Source: Salisapilia sapeloensis CBS 127946
Taxonomy: Eukaryota > Protista > Oomycota
Length of the DNA: 64,000 bases
Assembly: GCA_023334545.1 (NCBI GenBank)
Contig: JAADVB010000044.1
Span: 1-64,000, forward strand
Direction: 5' to 3'
Part shown: piece by piece, positions 11,501 to 22,258 of the stretch
Layout of the letters: the number at the start of each line of letters is the position of its first letter
Numbering within the stretch: the stretch's first letter is position 1
Notes under the pieces: model-generated
The model's input: only the letters and a program-made list of their open reading frames with translations
Databases searched by the model: none
Told to the model about the DNA's origin: nothing
Position numbers and translations under genes: made by a program

Positions 11501-11600
11501 GAAGACGGTGAACTTTTTACGTTCGTGCTCGAAGACGACGTTGCTCAAGTTCCGTCGAGGTCCGGCGTTCTGGGTCGAACGCGTGAGTGCAACCGTGTGA
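8511..11600 (+). CDS. Protein with three PDZ-like domains and long Ser/Pro-rich and acidic linkers (1029 aa)
   Basis: Three related segments: YEVLWERGVLGVIF…GDVLKFVN, YEVQWESGSLGLFF…NDTLISANG, and YLVKWKENRSIGLQL…GDVILEING. Single ORF. Confidence 0.75.
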   Translation: MSRRNFPGFGKSSPSASTPTGVPDRRDTRKQTWADKVREKLPPLAENEYEVLWERGVLGVIFLESEKDGVPYVSKATESCISSRVCQGDVLKFVNVVRSKDHSFSDFFKILATMKKPVLLRFQHPSSPTESSGEDSPVDQAQASRQTPPPQEKSRSARGAFWRTTKESMPPTQPPKAPAPAVRADEPPPKVSTPSKKPNYTMSPREANGVNSPTPSPSPSPPRQEEGEEYEVQWESGSLGLFFGEDRRTNLPVVTRATANASPAVQRSVAVNDTLISANGLPSSQHKFEEFFGKLQQMNKPVRLVFRRARSKHSDKRTSTAAKDTGSFKRPFTSSPSSFRSRQSTHTSARQKASEDTASTPSSRVSSRLDTEKRKEEQPTTPSKASKPSRWKRSGKSSNVSPPPEASPHDKTALPSPTTEPSPSAKAASPSPQTEASPPYKASSANPLPTEASPPKTGSLSVSVGESGSSSPPASDLKQLVSERRRATSSTPALEPRGEAVMEGQAEGLKSTKEEDESSPRDKLSVDTKSSLGPNEKPMIAVEGKASPVHAKSEEEDFVWKGDDMFQDTTTSGRASSRASLALHEELDFTPDDHDMNLEVVVEAPETSHEVEDVPPTPAAADLFSKGPDPIVKPKEEVEEVEKETEVISKPEENVIVEEGGKAESSATEEEDAIDLNSDIDSLDSDPPMPEDVATMDIDVEFSDSDEEEESVEKEVADVKEPDVEVDTPSEIVVEVPEEAEEEDEDEDEVVVEAPTVEIPDESQEEDEVEAPTVEIPDDGIEVHVPEPSKEEEEDSEEELGVDDEDGSEEERQEDMALDEVDDSKNEPPEDMDEMAVDPDISADPDDSDVVPTHKSDDANSSNGSKPRSNIHANLAKYKRKGKSGRGLTKLPTLGEESSTTVPLVAPLAVNSNVQVRGRSRPATRMVDTPDSRTYLVKWKENRSIGLQLREVRFGKSIYPLVTDVCQKPCCEPLHHVCIGDVILEINGRNTSLMGVKKTVNFLRSCSKTTLLKFRRGPAFWVERVSATV
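9715..9885 (+). repeat. About four degenerate 15-16-aa coding repeats (x-T/P-E-A-S-P-x-x-K-A/T…P) in the PDZ protein linker
   Basis: PPEASPHDKTALPSP / TTEPSPSAKAASPSP / QTEASPPYKASSANPL / PTEASPPKT. Confidence 0.6.
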
Positions 11601-11799
11601 AGCGATGACTTGTCGCCTATGCCTTTTAACCAGTGCGTTTCTCGACTCGACGTCGCTTGACTAAGTTTATGTTTTCATTTCCTCTTGGACGCAGGCCGAA
11701 GCGAAATACAAAAAAGCGCGTCAAGAAGCCAAACTCACTGCAAATGTTTTTCTTTTTTCTTTTCTTTTGTCGGATTCCAACGACTTTTTCATTTCTCTT

Positions 11800-12833
11800 C
11801 TAATGCATCTCGGCAATGCGCTTCTTGATCTTACCAATGGCTTGTGCTGGGTTCAAACCCTTCGGGCACGTACGTGTGCAGTTCATGATCGTGTGGCACT
11901 TGTACAGCTTGAACGAGTCGTCGAGCTGTCGCAATCGCTCTTCCGTCTTGGTGTCACGAGAGTCTTCGATCCAACGGAAAGCTTGCATGAGCACAGCTGG
12001 ACCGAGGTACTTGTCCGGGTTCCACCAGTAGCTCGGGCAGGCAGTGCTACAGCAAGCGCAGAGAATGCACTCGTACATGCCGTCGAGTTTCTTACGGTCT
12101 TCCTTGGACTGCAAGTGCTCCACAGTGGGTTCCTTGACTTCGTCCGACTGGAGCCACGGCTCAATAGAGCGGTACTGGTCGTAAAAGTTGTTCATGTCCG
12201 GCACAAGGTCCTTGATGACATACATGTGTGGCAATGGGTAGACCTTGGTGACCTCATCGTTCTTCTTGATCGGACTGAGACACGCGAGCGTGTTGCCACC
12301 ATCAATGTTCATGGCACAGGAGCCACAGATACCTTCACGGCAGGATCTACATTGCGTTTCATGATGAGTTCGATCAACTTCAAGGTAGAGAGCGAGGAAG
12401 ATGAACGTACCGACGGAGTGTGAGCGTCGGGTCTTGCTCGTTCTTGATCTTCAGGAGCGCATCGAGCACCATGGGGCCACATCTGGATCAGAAAAATATT
12501 TTTAGTCTTCTCCACCAACATTCCGACGCGATGGATCAACATACTCGTCCAAGTCCACTGGGTATGTGCACATGTAAGGCTTTCCCTTGTTGTCTGGGTC
12601 CCAACGGTAGATCTTAAAGTACTTGATGTTCTGTAAAAGCACAAGAAAAGCACAAGTGAGTACGGATGTGCATTGAGATAGGCGACACCACCACAATGAC
12701 ATGGTAGAAGACGTACCCTCGGTGACTTGCTAGACATCTTGAGGTCCACAGGGGTCGTGATACTACGCACGCCCATCTTTGCAGCTCCAGAGGAGATGGC
12801 AGAGCGACGGACAGCCTTTGCGAGCGAGTTCAT
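11800..12833 (-). CDS. SDHB: Succinate dehydrogenase iron-sulfur subunit, mitochondrial
   Basis: Spliced [39 protein letters not shown] and [17 protein letters not shown] Fe-S motifs. [11 protein letters not shown]-terminal presequence-like [15 protein letters not shown]. Several short introns. Confidence 0.97.
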
Positions 12834-12959
12834 GGTGCTTTTCGTCCTCTTGGGAGGTTTCTGGCCGCTGGTTTTGTGAGTTTTCGGCGGTCCAGGACGT
12901 CGTTTACAACATATAAAATACGGTAGATAGACCAAGGCCGACACGACGAGGTCATCGCC

Positions 12960-14627
12960 ATGGTAGTCATTCGATCGACGCTCTTAAAGCAATGGCTTTT
13001 ACGTGTCCATCCAGATCGCTTTCCTAGAGCAAAGTACCCTAAGATACATGATGAGAACCTCAAGTCGGTGCAGCAGTTGAACCATTATATTGATGAGAGG
13101 AGTAGTCGGATTGGACTGCCGTCACGACATCCGTCCAAGGTATTGTCTACTGCGTTTATTGGACGGAGGTGGTGCTAATGGGATGTTGTAGCTGCATTTT
13201 ACGTTGGTGGATAGTTCGAATGGTGTCGAGGCTTCTAATCAGCTCAAGCGAGTGTCATTGGATCTGTCGTCCAGTATGGATCGCAGTATTCAGCGCATCT
13301 TGAGAGACTGTGGTGTTGATATCCCCGAGACAGAGGACACAGAGCAGTCTGATCGAACGGGTATAGACCATCAGATGCCTGGGAGTACGACGGGTAAAGC
13401 AGAACCACGTACACGATCGAATTCTCGTCGACGTCGTCCACCACAGTCACACCACAGTCGCCCGAGCGACGATAGGGACGAGCGAATGGATTTTGGCGCT
13501 AGTATACATGACTTTTACGCGCGTACGAACAAGTCGAATCGCACACGGAAGCGTCAGCCAGTTCGCACGATGCGTCAATTCACTGCATTTATCAATGACA
13601 GGGAGACACTCCACCTGCAGGTGCTAAGGAAGAACGCAACGCAGTCGATCGAGTCGCTTAAAGGACGTTTTCGTCGAGAATTTGGTCTTCGTGAACTCCG
13701 AACGTCCTGTGGCTGGGCTTCTGTACCACTAAACGCGACTGTCATGGTCCTTTTAAAGACCTTGCGCAAGTACGTAGCTGCCCAGCGCGACAGCTCTATC
13801 ACTTCCACGGATTTCTTTAAGAACGCTACGATCGACATTAGGTAGCTTACTCTCCCTTTTCTACATGTAAGATTCCAAATGCTTAGCAACGTACTGTACG
13901 TAGCTCGGAGGCGTCTGGGATTGATTTAGAAAATGAGTTTTGCATCCAACTGCACTCTGCCGACGTGCCAGTCCAATGGATCGAAGTGTTGGAGAAGATT
14001 GACGACAAGATGCTCATGTATATGGATGCAGCACAAAAGTCTCTTGATGAGTTAGAAAGGAAAGCAGCATATGCGTTTGGACAGTTCCAAGTGAAGAGAG
14101 GACTCACGTGCTCTGCACTCTCCTATCGCGTATTCCTACAGCAACTGGCTGAAGATCGCTTAAGCGGCATAGACGATGCGCTAGTACGTTCGATTAGGAT
14201 TGTAGTTGAAGAAGATCATGTCAAGTGGGATATACTGGAGGATGGGAGTGTACAGCTCCCTGCTTGTGCGACGATAGATGATGTCCTAAACTTTTTAAAG
14301 ACGTATGATAGCAGTATCCAAGACCAGGAAGATGCCTATGCTCGTGCACAACAAGAGTTTAGTAGTCTACAGACCGAATGCAAGCGCATGATGGGCGTGT
14401 CGGAAATCTTGAGAGGGAAGACGATCGCACTGGATGATGCTATCACAGCTTGCAGGAACTTACTCCAAGTCGCTCGACTACACCCTAGTGATCCAGAAGC
14501 ACGTCGACTTGGGCTGAATGAGCCACTAGGAAAGTCGTTACGTAGTCACACGATACGTATCGATCGAACGTTTGGTCTGTCTCCTGATGGAGTCTTCACG
14601 CTCCCATGGGATTGGTATCACGTTTAG
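12960..14627 (+). CDS. TCAIM-like mitochondrial protein (DUF4460/DUF4461-type; N-terminal J-like HPD motif)
   Basis: N-terminal LKQWLLRVHPDRF…NLKSVQQLNHYID resembles the TCAIM/DUF4460 start. Introns after …HPSK and after …TIDIS join three track ORFs in frame. IQLHSADVPVQW resembles the TCAIM mid-region. Confidence 0.6.
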
Positions 14628-14706
14628 AAAAGAAAAACAAGTAGAATCGAAATCGCATTTGTCGACTGTGTATTTCGTCGATATCACGTCATCTTTCGCC
14701 ACTAGT

Positions 14707-16154
14707 CTACTTATCACGCTTGTAAATCTTGTTCACGAGCGCCATGAAGAAACCGGACGGTAGCTTCTCAAACTGGTTGATCTCATCACACAACTCCTTG
14801 TACGTCTTCTCTTCGTACTCGCGGTAGACGCTTTCCAAGTTCATGTCGTCATAGATCTTCTTGATGATCGCGACAGACTCTTCATCCTTACTTCCATAGT
14901 GCTTGTCGATAAGAGCACGTTGTTCATCCGAAGCACGTTCCAGCGCTTGGATCACAAGCCACGAACACTTGTTCTCTTGAATATCCGTGCCGACCTTCCC
15001 AAGTACCTTTGCATCACCATAGCAGTCCAAGTAATCGTCTTGGACTTGGAAGTACTCGCCGATCTTGGCACTAAGCTTCTTGACGGCTTCATGGAGAGAC
15101 TCGTCCGTGATGTTGTGCAAGTACATGGCACAGGCAGCAGGGAGGTAGAACGTATAGAACGCCGTCTTGTGCACAACAATCTTGCGGTGACTAGAACTAG
15201 TTGTTAGGTATTTGATAGGCAGAAAGACTGGAGGTAGGGACGTACCGGTCCGCCGTGAAGCGAGAGAGGTCGACTGGCGCGTCACGTGGCTGCGACGTCA
15301 GGTCAAGGAGCTGTCCCATCTCCGTATGCAAACAGACCTGCATCAAGATTAGATTAGCTTCAATTGATAGAAGAGGATAGAGTAGATGTGTACGTCGTGG
15401 AAGACTTCCACCAACGGGATGTAGCAGACGTGCTCACGGAAGTGCTTGCGTAGAGCTTGGAAGATAAAGTTCTCAAGGAGCAACGAGTCATTGACGGCAG
15501 TCAATTGCACCTAGACGAGCATTTAAGTTATTGAGAGCACACGAGCGCGTGGGAATGGAGACGTACGTTGGGCTTGCGGTACCAGCACGGCTGGCCACGA
15601 CGAGTGATGGATCCGTCCATGATGTCATCCGAGACCAAGAAGCATGCTTGGAGCTATGTTACGTAGGTACATAGTTAGGAGGTACATTGATACGTGGCAT
15701 CTTGGTGATTTACATACCCATTCAATGCACCATCCGAGGATACTTGCTTCCTTCTTTAGTTCAGGTGACAAGGTGTCCACGCCAGCAAGCTCTTTGGTAC
15801 TGTAAGGAAGCAATGGAATGAGTACTTGTCAAGTATGGAGAGTCGAGGGGACGACGTACCAGTCGAGAACGCTCATACCACGGTTCAACTTGCCACCGAC
15901 GCTGTTGTACTCGACCATCTATTTCCATGCTGCTGAGTAATTTGATGTAATGTACGATGCTAGTGTGTGAAGTATACCTCTCCGACGTAGTTGACGGTCT
16001 CCTCTGGCATGCCACGGCTCGCCATGAGGTCCATGATCTCCTTCCGTAGTCCCTTGTGGACATCGATGAATTCTGGCAAGAACAATTCGATTTTTATACA
16101 TATACGAGTGCATCAAAAGTAAAAAAGTCATGTACCTTGCTTCTTGTCTGCCAT
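14707..16154 (-). CDS. FDPS: Farnesyl pyrophosphate synthase (trans-prenyltransferase), multi-exon
   Basis: Spliced motifs [21 protein letters not shown], the first Asp-rich [28 protein letters not shown] and [16 protein letters not shown]…[15 protein letters not shown]. Start MADKKQ at 16154. Confidence 0.95.
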
Positions 16155-17132
16155 GTTCGTCGTTCGCTCCCAAGCTCTTCTTTGTAAGTGTCACAATGTC
16201 GATAGGTACGAGCGCTCGGCTGGGCGATCTCCACCTGTATTGGCCACATAAGTAGGTGCATTTGGATCGCTCGATGCTTTCTTCTAGTATGTAATGTAGA
16301 TTTGATCCGTGCTCCAGAAAATTGTATAGGTACAGATATCTGCTAGGACGAGGCATTTCATCTACTCTTGCCAGCACGTGCTATTTGCAATCGATCGTCA
16401 AACGAGCTTGGTGGACAGGAGGAAAATTGGATGTATTCAAAGCGTACTAGATTTGGTATGGAGGATGGAGATGGAGTTGCAACTTCAAATTGGATAGTTT
16501 AATGAAGTAGATTTGCCTTTCCTCGAGCTCTTTGCTATGACACGACTTGGGCGCATTTGCCTGAGATGAAGTCGTCACGCTCAAGCAACTCATATAGCAA
16601 TACGATTGCACAAGATGATGACAAACGATTTGACGACACAAAAGATGCGGGTGCTACTTCGACTTTGGTTGGTTTCCACACGTGATCATGATACTCCGAT
16701 TGACGGCATTGTAGTTTGTCGGACTATTTCAACACTACGAGGCGTTGACCTGCGTCATAAATTTTGCCTCGACCAAACTGAATTCTCATATAGGTTCTTT
16801 GTCTGTACAGATTGAATAGTTCGAAGAAAGTAGTTTAAATGACTTATTTCGTATTATGTATCATCTTATTGTCATTGCTTCTCAGACCTGAGAGCAGTAC
16901 ACGCCTAGAAGGATTATATGTCTATACTATGCCTACAACTGGAGTATCTGTCGCTTGGTAGGATGAAGTGAAGCATGCTTCACGATGTACATTTAGTCTG
17001 CCTTTCAAGTGGTTACAGTCCGTCAGTTTGAGCGTTTGACTACCGTTCATCAAGACAGACGCTAGCTCTATAAGCCTAGACAAGTAAACTTAAATGGAAA
17101 TGCAATCAGCCTTGCTTGCAGTCTATTTAAAG

Positions 17133-19373
17133 TTAGTCCTGACTGAACTTGGCGTAGTACAGAGCCCACGAACGTGTGAGTCCAGAGTCGAGATTGACCT
17201 TCCATAGCACATCTTCCGCCGCCTGTCGATCGATCCGAGCGTAGTTGGTATACAAGAGCGAAAGCCACGGGTTGTCAAGCTCCTGGCGCTTCACAATCTC
17301 TTCTTTCTCAAGTCGTGTCTTCCATTCCTGTCGAATGAACTCGGTCGAGCGCGCCAGCTCCGTGACCGGAGAGAATGGTAGCATCTGGATGCCATGGATG
17401 CAGTATGGCTCATGGCTGAACCATGTCGCGTAGTCGGCCTTGTTATCAAAGAAGATACCCGTGACCTTGTTCGAACGGAAGGAAGCGGGATGCACCGTGT
17501 TGTCGTCAGTGATCAAAAAGTAGGTCTGGATCGCATGAGCATCCAATTTCGTCATGAGCTTTCCAATCGCTTCCATTTCTTTATTCTCCGTGGCATGACC
17601 GAAGAGATACATGGCATATAAAAAGTTAATGTCTTCAGAAGTACTCTCTTGATCTTTTCCATCCAAAAAGGTTGTCTGTCCATGCGAGTAGGAATGTCCA
17701 CGGTACCAGTCGAACGCTCTGTACTTTGGAAAGTACTTGTCCGTACTGGTTGAAGTCGCTACATCACGGATGAGCAACTCGGTCATATGATTCAGTTCAT
17801 CGATGTGTTCCCACGTCGGGTGGAGGTAGTTGAGGACAGCAGCCATGTACACCCAGTAGCCGTAGTGGTAGTGATGGTCGTTGTACACGGTGTTACCAAA
17901 GTCAGCGTTAATGTCTCCCGTCAAAAATCCTTGGGAGCTCACCATCCCTCCATATAGTTTGTCGTATGTGAGTTTGTACGTCCATGAGTTTGTGATGAAC
18001 GGTTCGATCTTAGACTCCAGTTTAGTGACGCATCGACGCAGGACCGAGAGGTCGTCACCGACAATGCCACGATCATTAGCCATTAGACACAGCATCGCAG
18101 CCTTCTGCACCTCCTTCCCGGTGAAGTAGAAGCTGCCTGTCAATGGGATATTCCAGTGCGCTTGGACGTCATCTACGAGCTGATCAAAGAGATACGAGAG
18201 GTCGATTTTTGGATCGGCGTGGGCACGACGGTACGGATAGAATGTCACTGGTACAGCTCTGCTTTCTTTTAGTTCCCACGTGTACTCGTCATTCAAGGTA
18301 CGATAGGCTTTCATCATTCCTCGCATGGCAGAGTTCATCGTAATGGTCGACACGACTTCGGCAGAAGACTCTTGGAGTGTATCAAAGTGATGTGGGAGTG
18401 CAAAGTGCAGAAGACCGTTGCTGCAATCTCCTGAGATTTCCCACTTGTAGTTATATGTATCTTCGTCGATGACGTTGGCAGTGCCGCCTTTGACTTCACA
18501 GTTCTTGTACTTATCATAGTCCTTGACCTGACCGTCGTTATCGATGGATGCGACTCGGAGTGTCCCGGAGAACTGCTGGTCGCCGACGAGGACAAGGCCT
18601 CTCATAGCGTTCTTCGGTTCCGGCACTTCATCTTCCGTCTGCTTCCGGAGTTTCAACTTGTCACTCGCGTAGAGCCTCCATCTCGATCCGTCTGCGGTCT
18701 CGATATCAAACTTCTTCCCGACGGCATACTGTCCGTCGGTACCTTCGTCTCCCTTGAAGGACATGATCGGGGTCAGCACTTGAATGTACGGCTTAAGACT
18801 GCTGTACTCTGCAGAAACGTAGGCCATGCCGCTCACAAGGTTTGATTCCAAGCGACTAGAGCTAGGTCCGGCCGAAGCCTCGAGCTTGACGCGGACACCG
18901 GCATCCGACCAGGACACTATGTCCAAATTCAAGTCTCTACTCGCGATGAACTCACTTGCTGTCAGCGTGAACTCTCGGATGTAGCTATGTCCATAGAACG
19001 ATGGTGCGCCGTCGTTCGATCCGCCAAAGTAGCGATGGCGATAGATGTAGGAGAATGAGAGTCCGTTGAGATGGCGATTAGGATCGAAGACCGTATCGAG
19101 TGACAGTGCATACGGGTTCGACCAGACTGGCGCGAATCCGTTCGTGTTGTCACACGTGATGAGGTTCCCCCACCACTCATTCGTTGGGATCGGACGACCG
19201 TCTTTCGGCTCGACGTTACGCGGATGACAGAAGCCATACATATCTCTCGACTCGGCGACAACGTTCTCCCAGACTGGATTGGCATGATTTGGCTTCCATG
19301 TCTTTGGTGTCGGGCCTTCAGCAGAGCTGCTTGTGAGCGCTGCAAAAGATCCTAGCAAGCACAGGAGCTTCAT
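17133..19373 (-). CDS. Secreted endo-1,3(4)-beta-glucanase, glycoside hydrolase family 81
   Basis: Signal peptide MKLLCLLGSFAALTSSSA. GH81 motifs PIPTNEWW, ADFGNTVYNDHHYHYGY, GKDQESTSED and HGIQMLP. Single exon. ATG at 19373 (track start is TTG). Confidence 0.93.
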   Translation of the reverse strand: MKLLCLLGSFAALTSSSAEGPTPKTWKPNHANPVWENVVAESRDMYGFCHPRNVEPKDGRPIPTNEWWGNLITCDNTNGFAPVWSNPYALSLDTVFDPNRHLNGLSFSYIYRHRYFGGSNDGAPSFYGHSYIREFTLTASEFIASRDLNLDIVSWSDAGVRVKLEASAGPSSSRLESNLVSGMAYVSAEYSSLKPYIQVLTPIMSFKGDEGTDGQYAVGKKFDIETADGSRWRLYASDKLKLRKQTEDEVPEPKNAMRGLVLVGDQQFSGTLRVASIDNDGQVKDYDKYKNCEVKGGTANVIDEDTYNYKWEISGDCSNGLLHFALPHHFDTLQESSAEVVSTITMNSAMRGMMKAYRTLNDEYTWELKESRAVPVTFYPYRRAHADPKIDLSYLFDQLVDDVQAHWNIPLTGSFYFTGKEVQKAAMLCLMANDRGIVGDDLSVLRRCVTKLESKIEPFITNSWTYKLTYDKLYGGMVSSQGFLTGDINADFGNTVYNDHHYHYGYWVYMAAVLNYLHPTWEHIDELNHMTELLIRDVATSTSTDKYFPKYRAFDWYRGHSYSHGQTTFLDGKDQESTSEDINFLYAMYLFGHATENKEMEAIGKLMTKLDAHAIQTYFLITDDNTVHPASFRSNKVTGIFFDNKADYATWFSHEPYCIHGIQMLPFSPVTELARSTEFIRQEWKTRLEKEEIVKRQELDNPWLSLLYTNYARIDRQAAEDVLWKVNLDSGLTRSWALYYAKFSQD

Positions 19374-19422
19374 CAAAGGGCGTGAACTGGTGCGGGTGTC
19401 GACGGGTGTGGGAGGTACTAGT

Positions 19423-19437
19423 GGAATTGAGGAATGA
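19423..19437 (-). promoter_or_regulatory. Oomycete INR+FPR-like core promoter element upstream of GH81
   Basis: Minus strand reads TCATTCCTCAATTCC about 50 nt upstream of the ATG, close to the oomycete transcription-start consensus TCATTYYNCAWTTY. Confidence 0.55.
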
Positions 19438-20293
19438 AATCCTTCCTACGTGCTATGATGAGGATAGACGTTTCGGAAAGATGGGGCGTTTTGCAGGCCG
19501 TTGGATCGAATGCCAAGTACTGAGCGTACTTAAAAGTCGTACGAATCATGTGAAGAGCATGAAACAGATTTGGGAAGTGGTCGAGTGCGCATTCTACGAA
19601 GGCGCTACGTAGTCTATTACTATTATTCGTGTCGACGGGATGCAGCAAGGGACCGAGAACTGGCATTTGAAACTGCCATGCCGCTTCTCGCGTCCGGCGC
19701 ATGTACTGAAACTTGGTATATCTGGTAGATGTCGCGATTCAATGGTAGTCCATTACATGAACTTCATGAGAGCTAAATAGAGCGAATGATACGACAATAG
19801 TGTTTTCATTCCTTCCGACATAGATAGGGGGACAAGGGAGCATTTACATACTCGACTGGAAATACACTTTCCAAATTGAAAGATATACTCCTCTACTAGT
19901 TTTACTCATCCAGCACACTGACATTCACGTGCATCCATGCATGCGAATCCTACCCTCTTGTCTACCACACGATCATGATATCCTAGTCATTAAAAAACCA
20001 ACACACATCTCGTCTTTCCTAGCATGCTACAAACTCCCACCGTTTCTCCCAACCAACTACATCAGGACCTCGTCTATCACCATACACGCACACGTTCTAG
20101 GAAATTTGTCCATCCAATCTAGCCGGAACGGTCTGGAAGAAGGCTACACCATGTCCTAAACATGGCCTTTTAGACTTGGTTTTTGTATAGGATCGCAATC
20201 GACCGTTTTTTCTTGGGTGAGTGCTTGAAGTCGCGTCCAGGAGGTCGGTTAAGTAGAGGAGAGCGTCGCGTCAGAGTCCAAGCACGCACTAGT

Positions 20294-22090
20294 ATGAGTG
20301 AGGAGAGCGCACAAGCACCCGCCGCTGCGGTGGAACCCGTCGGACGAGGTCCTGGAGACGATAAAGAAGAGCCCAAAGCGGACGACGTGCCAGCGCAAGA
20401 ACGCCGACGCAGTAGTTCTGCGCGCGGCAAAAAGGCGCTTTTGCGTAATGAAAGTACTGGTATCAGTGTTGGAGATTCTTCGCACACGATGGAAGACGTA
20501 CGTTGTCTATAGTTGGACGATAAATGTGGACGAAGGCGCGTCGTCCAGGTGGCACGATAGAATGCCGTATACCCTGCCTGGATACGCTCCGACGCACTGG
20601 ATCGTCCTCTAGTTTTCTACAGTCTTACTAATTGTCTACATGTACTTGGTGTTCACTAGGGCAAAACAATCCACTATTCAGCGGAACGAATCGTAGGAAA
20701 CGGCTCCTTTGGCGTCGTTTTCCAGGTGCGTTCAGCCTATACAAGTCGTCCGGCGTTAGCAATCCAATTGCCATGCGTCCGGTGTACTTTAAAAGCAGTT
20801 TATCTAACGTCTATCCTGTCCTTTGTCTCTTCTAGGCGTCTGTGGAAGAAACAGGGGAGGTCGTGGCTATCAAAAAGGTTCTCCAGGATAAGCGTTTCAA
20901 GGTATACGTCCTTTGCATCTCCTTCTGCACTTGCTCGTACTCAAGACACTTGAAAATAGAATCGAGAGCTGCAGATAATGCGGCAGCTTAACCACACGAA
21001 CGTCGTCCAGCTTCGACACTGTTTCTACTGCAACGGAGAGAAACCAGACGAGTTGTATTTGAATTTAGTGCTTGAATATATCCCAGATACAGTCTACGGG
21101 ATCGCGAGACAATTGCAAAAGTCCAAGCAGCTCATGCCAGTGGTACTCGTGAAGCTCTACATTTACCAAGTCTGCCGTGCACTAGCGTACATGCACTCGA
21201 TGGGCATCTGCCATCGTGATATCAAGCCGCAGAACCTTCTCGTGGATCCTCAGTCTCACGTCGTGAAGCTTTGTGACTTTGGAAGTGCCAAAGTGCTCCA
21301 GCGGAATGAGCCGAACGTTTCGTACATTTGCTCTCGCTACTATCGCGCTCCAGAGCTCATCTTTGGCGCAACGGATTACACGACTGCCATCGGTTTGTGC
21401 TTTGTCTCTTGTTCTTGTAGCGTAGTATGCTGACTCTGAAGTAGACATCTGGTCTCTTGGATGCGTATGTGCTGAGCTATTGCTCGGTCAACCTCTTTTC
21501 CCTGGAGAAAGCGGCGTGGATCAACTGGTAGAGATCATCAAGGTGCTCGGAACACCACGTCGAGAAGAGATTGAAGCGATGAATCCGAACTATACCGAGT
21601 TCCAGTTCCCTCAAATTCGTGCGCATTCGTGGGATAAGATCTTCCGTTCACGTACGCCACCTGAAGCCATTGATCTACTGTCGAAGATGCTTGTGTACGA
21701 CCCGACAAGGTCTTTCTTCTCTTTCTACTTTCTTTGTTCTATGTCTTGGAACTCACGGGAATAATATGAGTAGACGGATTAAACCTTTGGAAGCTGCTGC
21801 CCATCCGTTTTTCGATGAACTTCGAGAAGAAGGCTTGACGTTACCAAATGATGCTACCGTGCCACCTCTGTTTGACTTTACATCAGAAGGTAGATACAGA
21901 TATATTGAGTGCTTGTGCTTCGTTCTAAGTGTATGACGTTTGGATGTGTATAGAATTAGCACAAGTGGATACCACGACACGAGAGATTTTGGTACCACCT
22001 CACGAACGTACGGAGACGAATTGGCCGTCGACGGAAGGTGCGTCATCGGCATCTACAACCGAAGCGGAGGCGTCCAAGACACCGGAATAA
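20294..22090 (+). CDS. GSK3: Glycogen synthase kinase-3 / shaggy-like kinase, multi-exon
   Basis: Spliced: [52 protein letters not shown]…[10 protein letters not shown]…KLCDFGSAK…[19 protein letters not shown]…[18 protein letters not shown]…HPFFDELR. Last exon ends at TAA 22088-22090. Confidence 0.96.
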
Positions 22091-22258
22091 GCCAGATTAC
22101 TTTGCTGCCTTCGTTTATATTGATGAGAAACACGAAAACTAGTTCGAGCGACAGGAATGTGCTTTATGTCGTTTAGGTTATTATGAATAGGAACAAGAGC
22201 ATAGCTGTAGAATGTCTTGACGTTCGGAGCGTTGTCGATAGGACTAGCTATGAGGTTT

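Noticed and set aside
19440-20290. About 850 nt between GH81 and GSK3 with short ORFs and a C/A-rich tract
   Set aside because: No coding signal, hairpin array or RNA-gene hallmark recognised. Best explained as promoter and UTR sequence of the two divergent genes.
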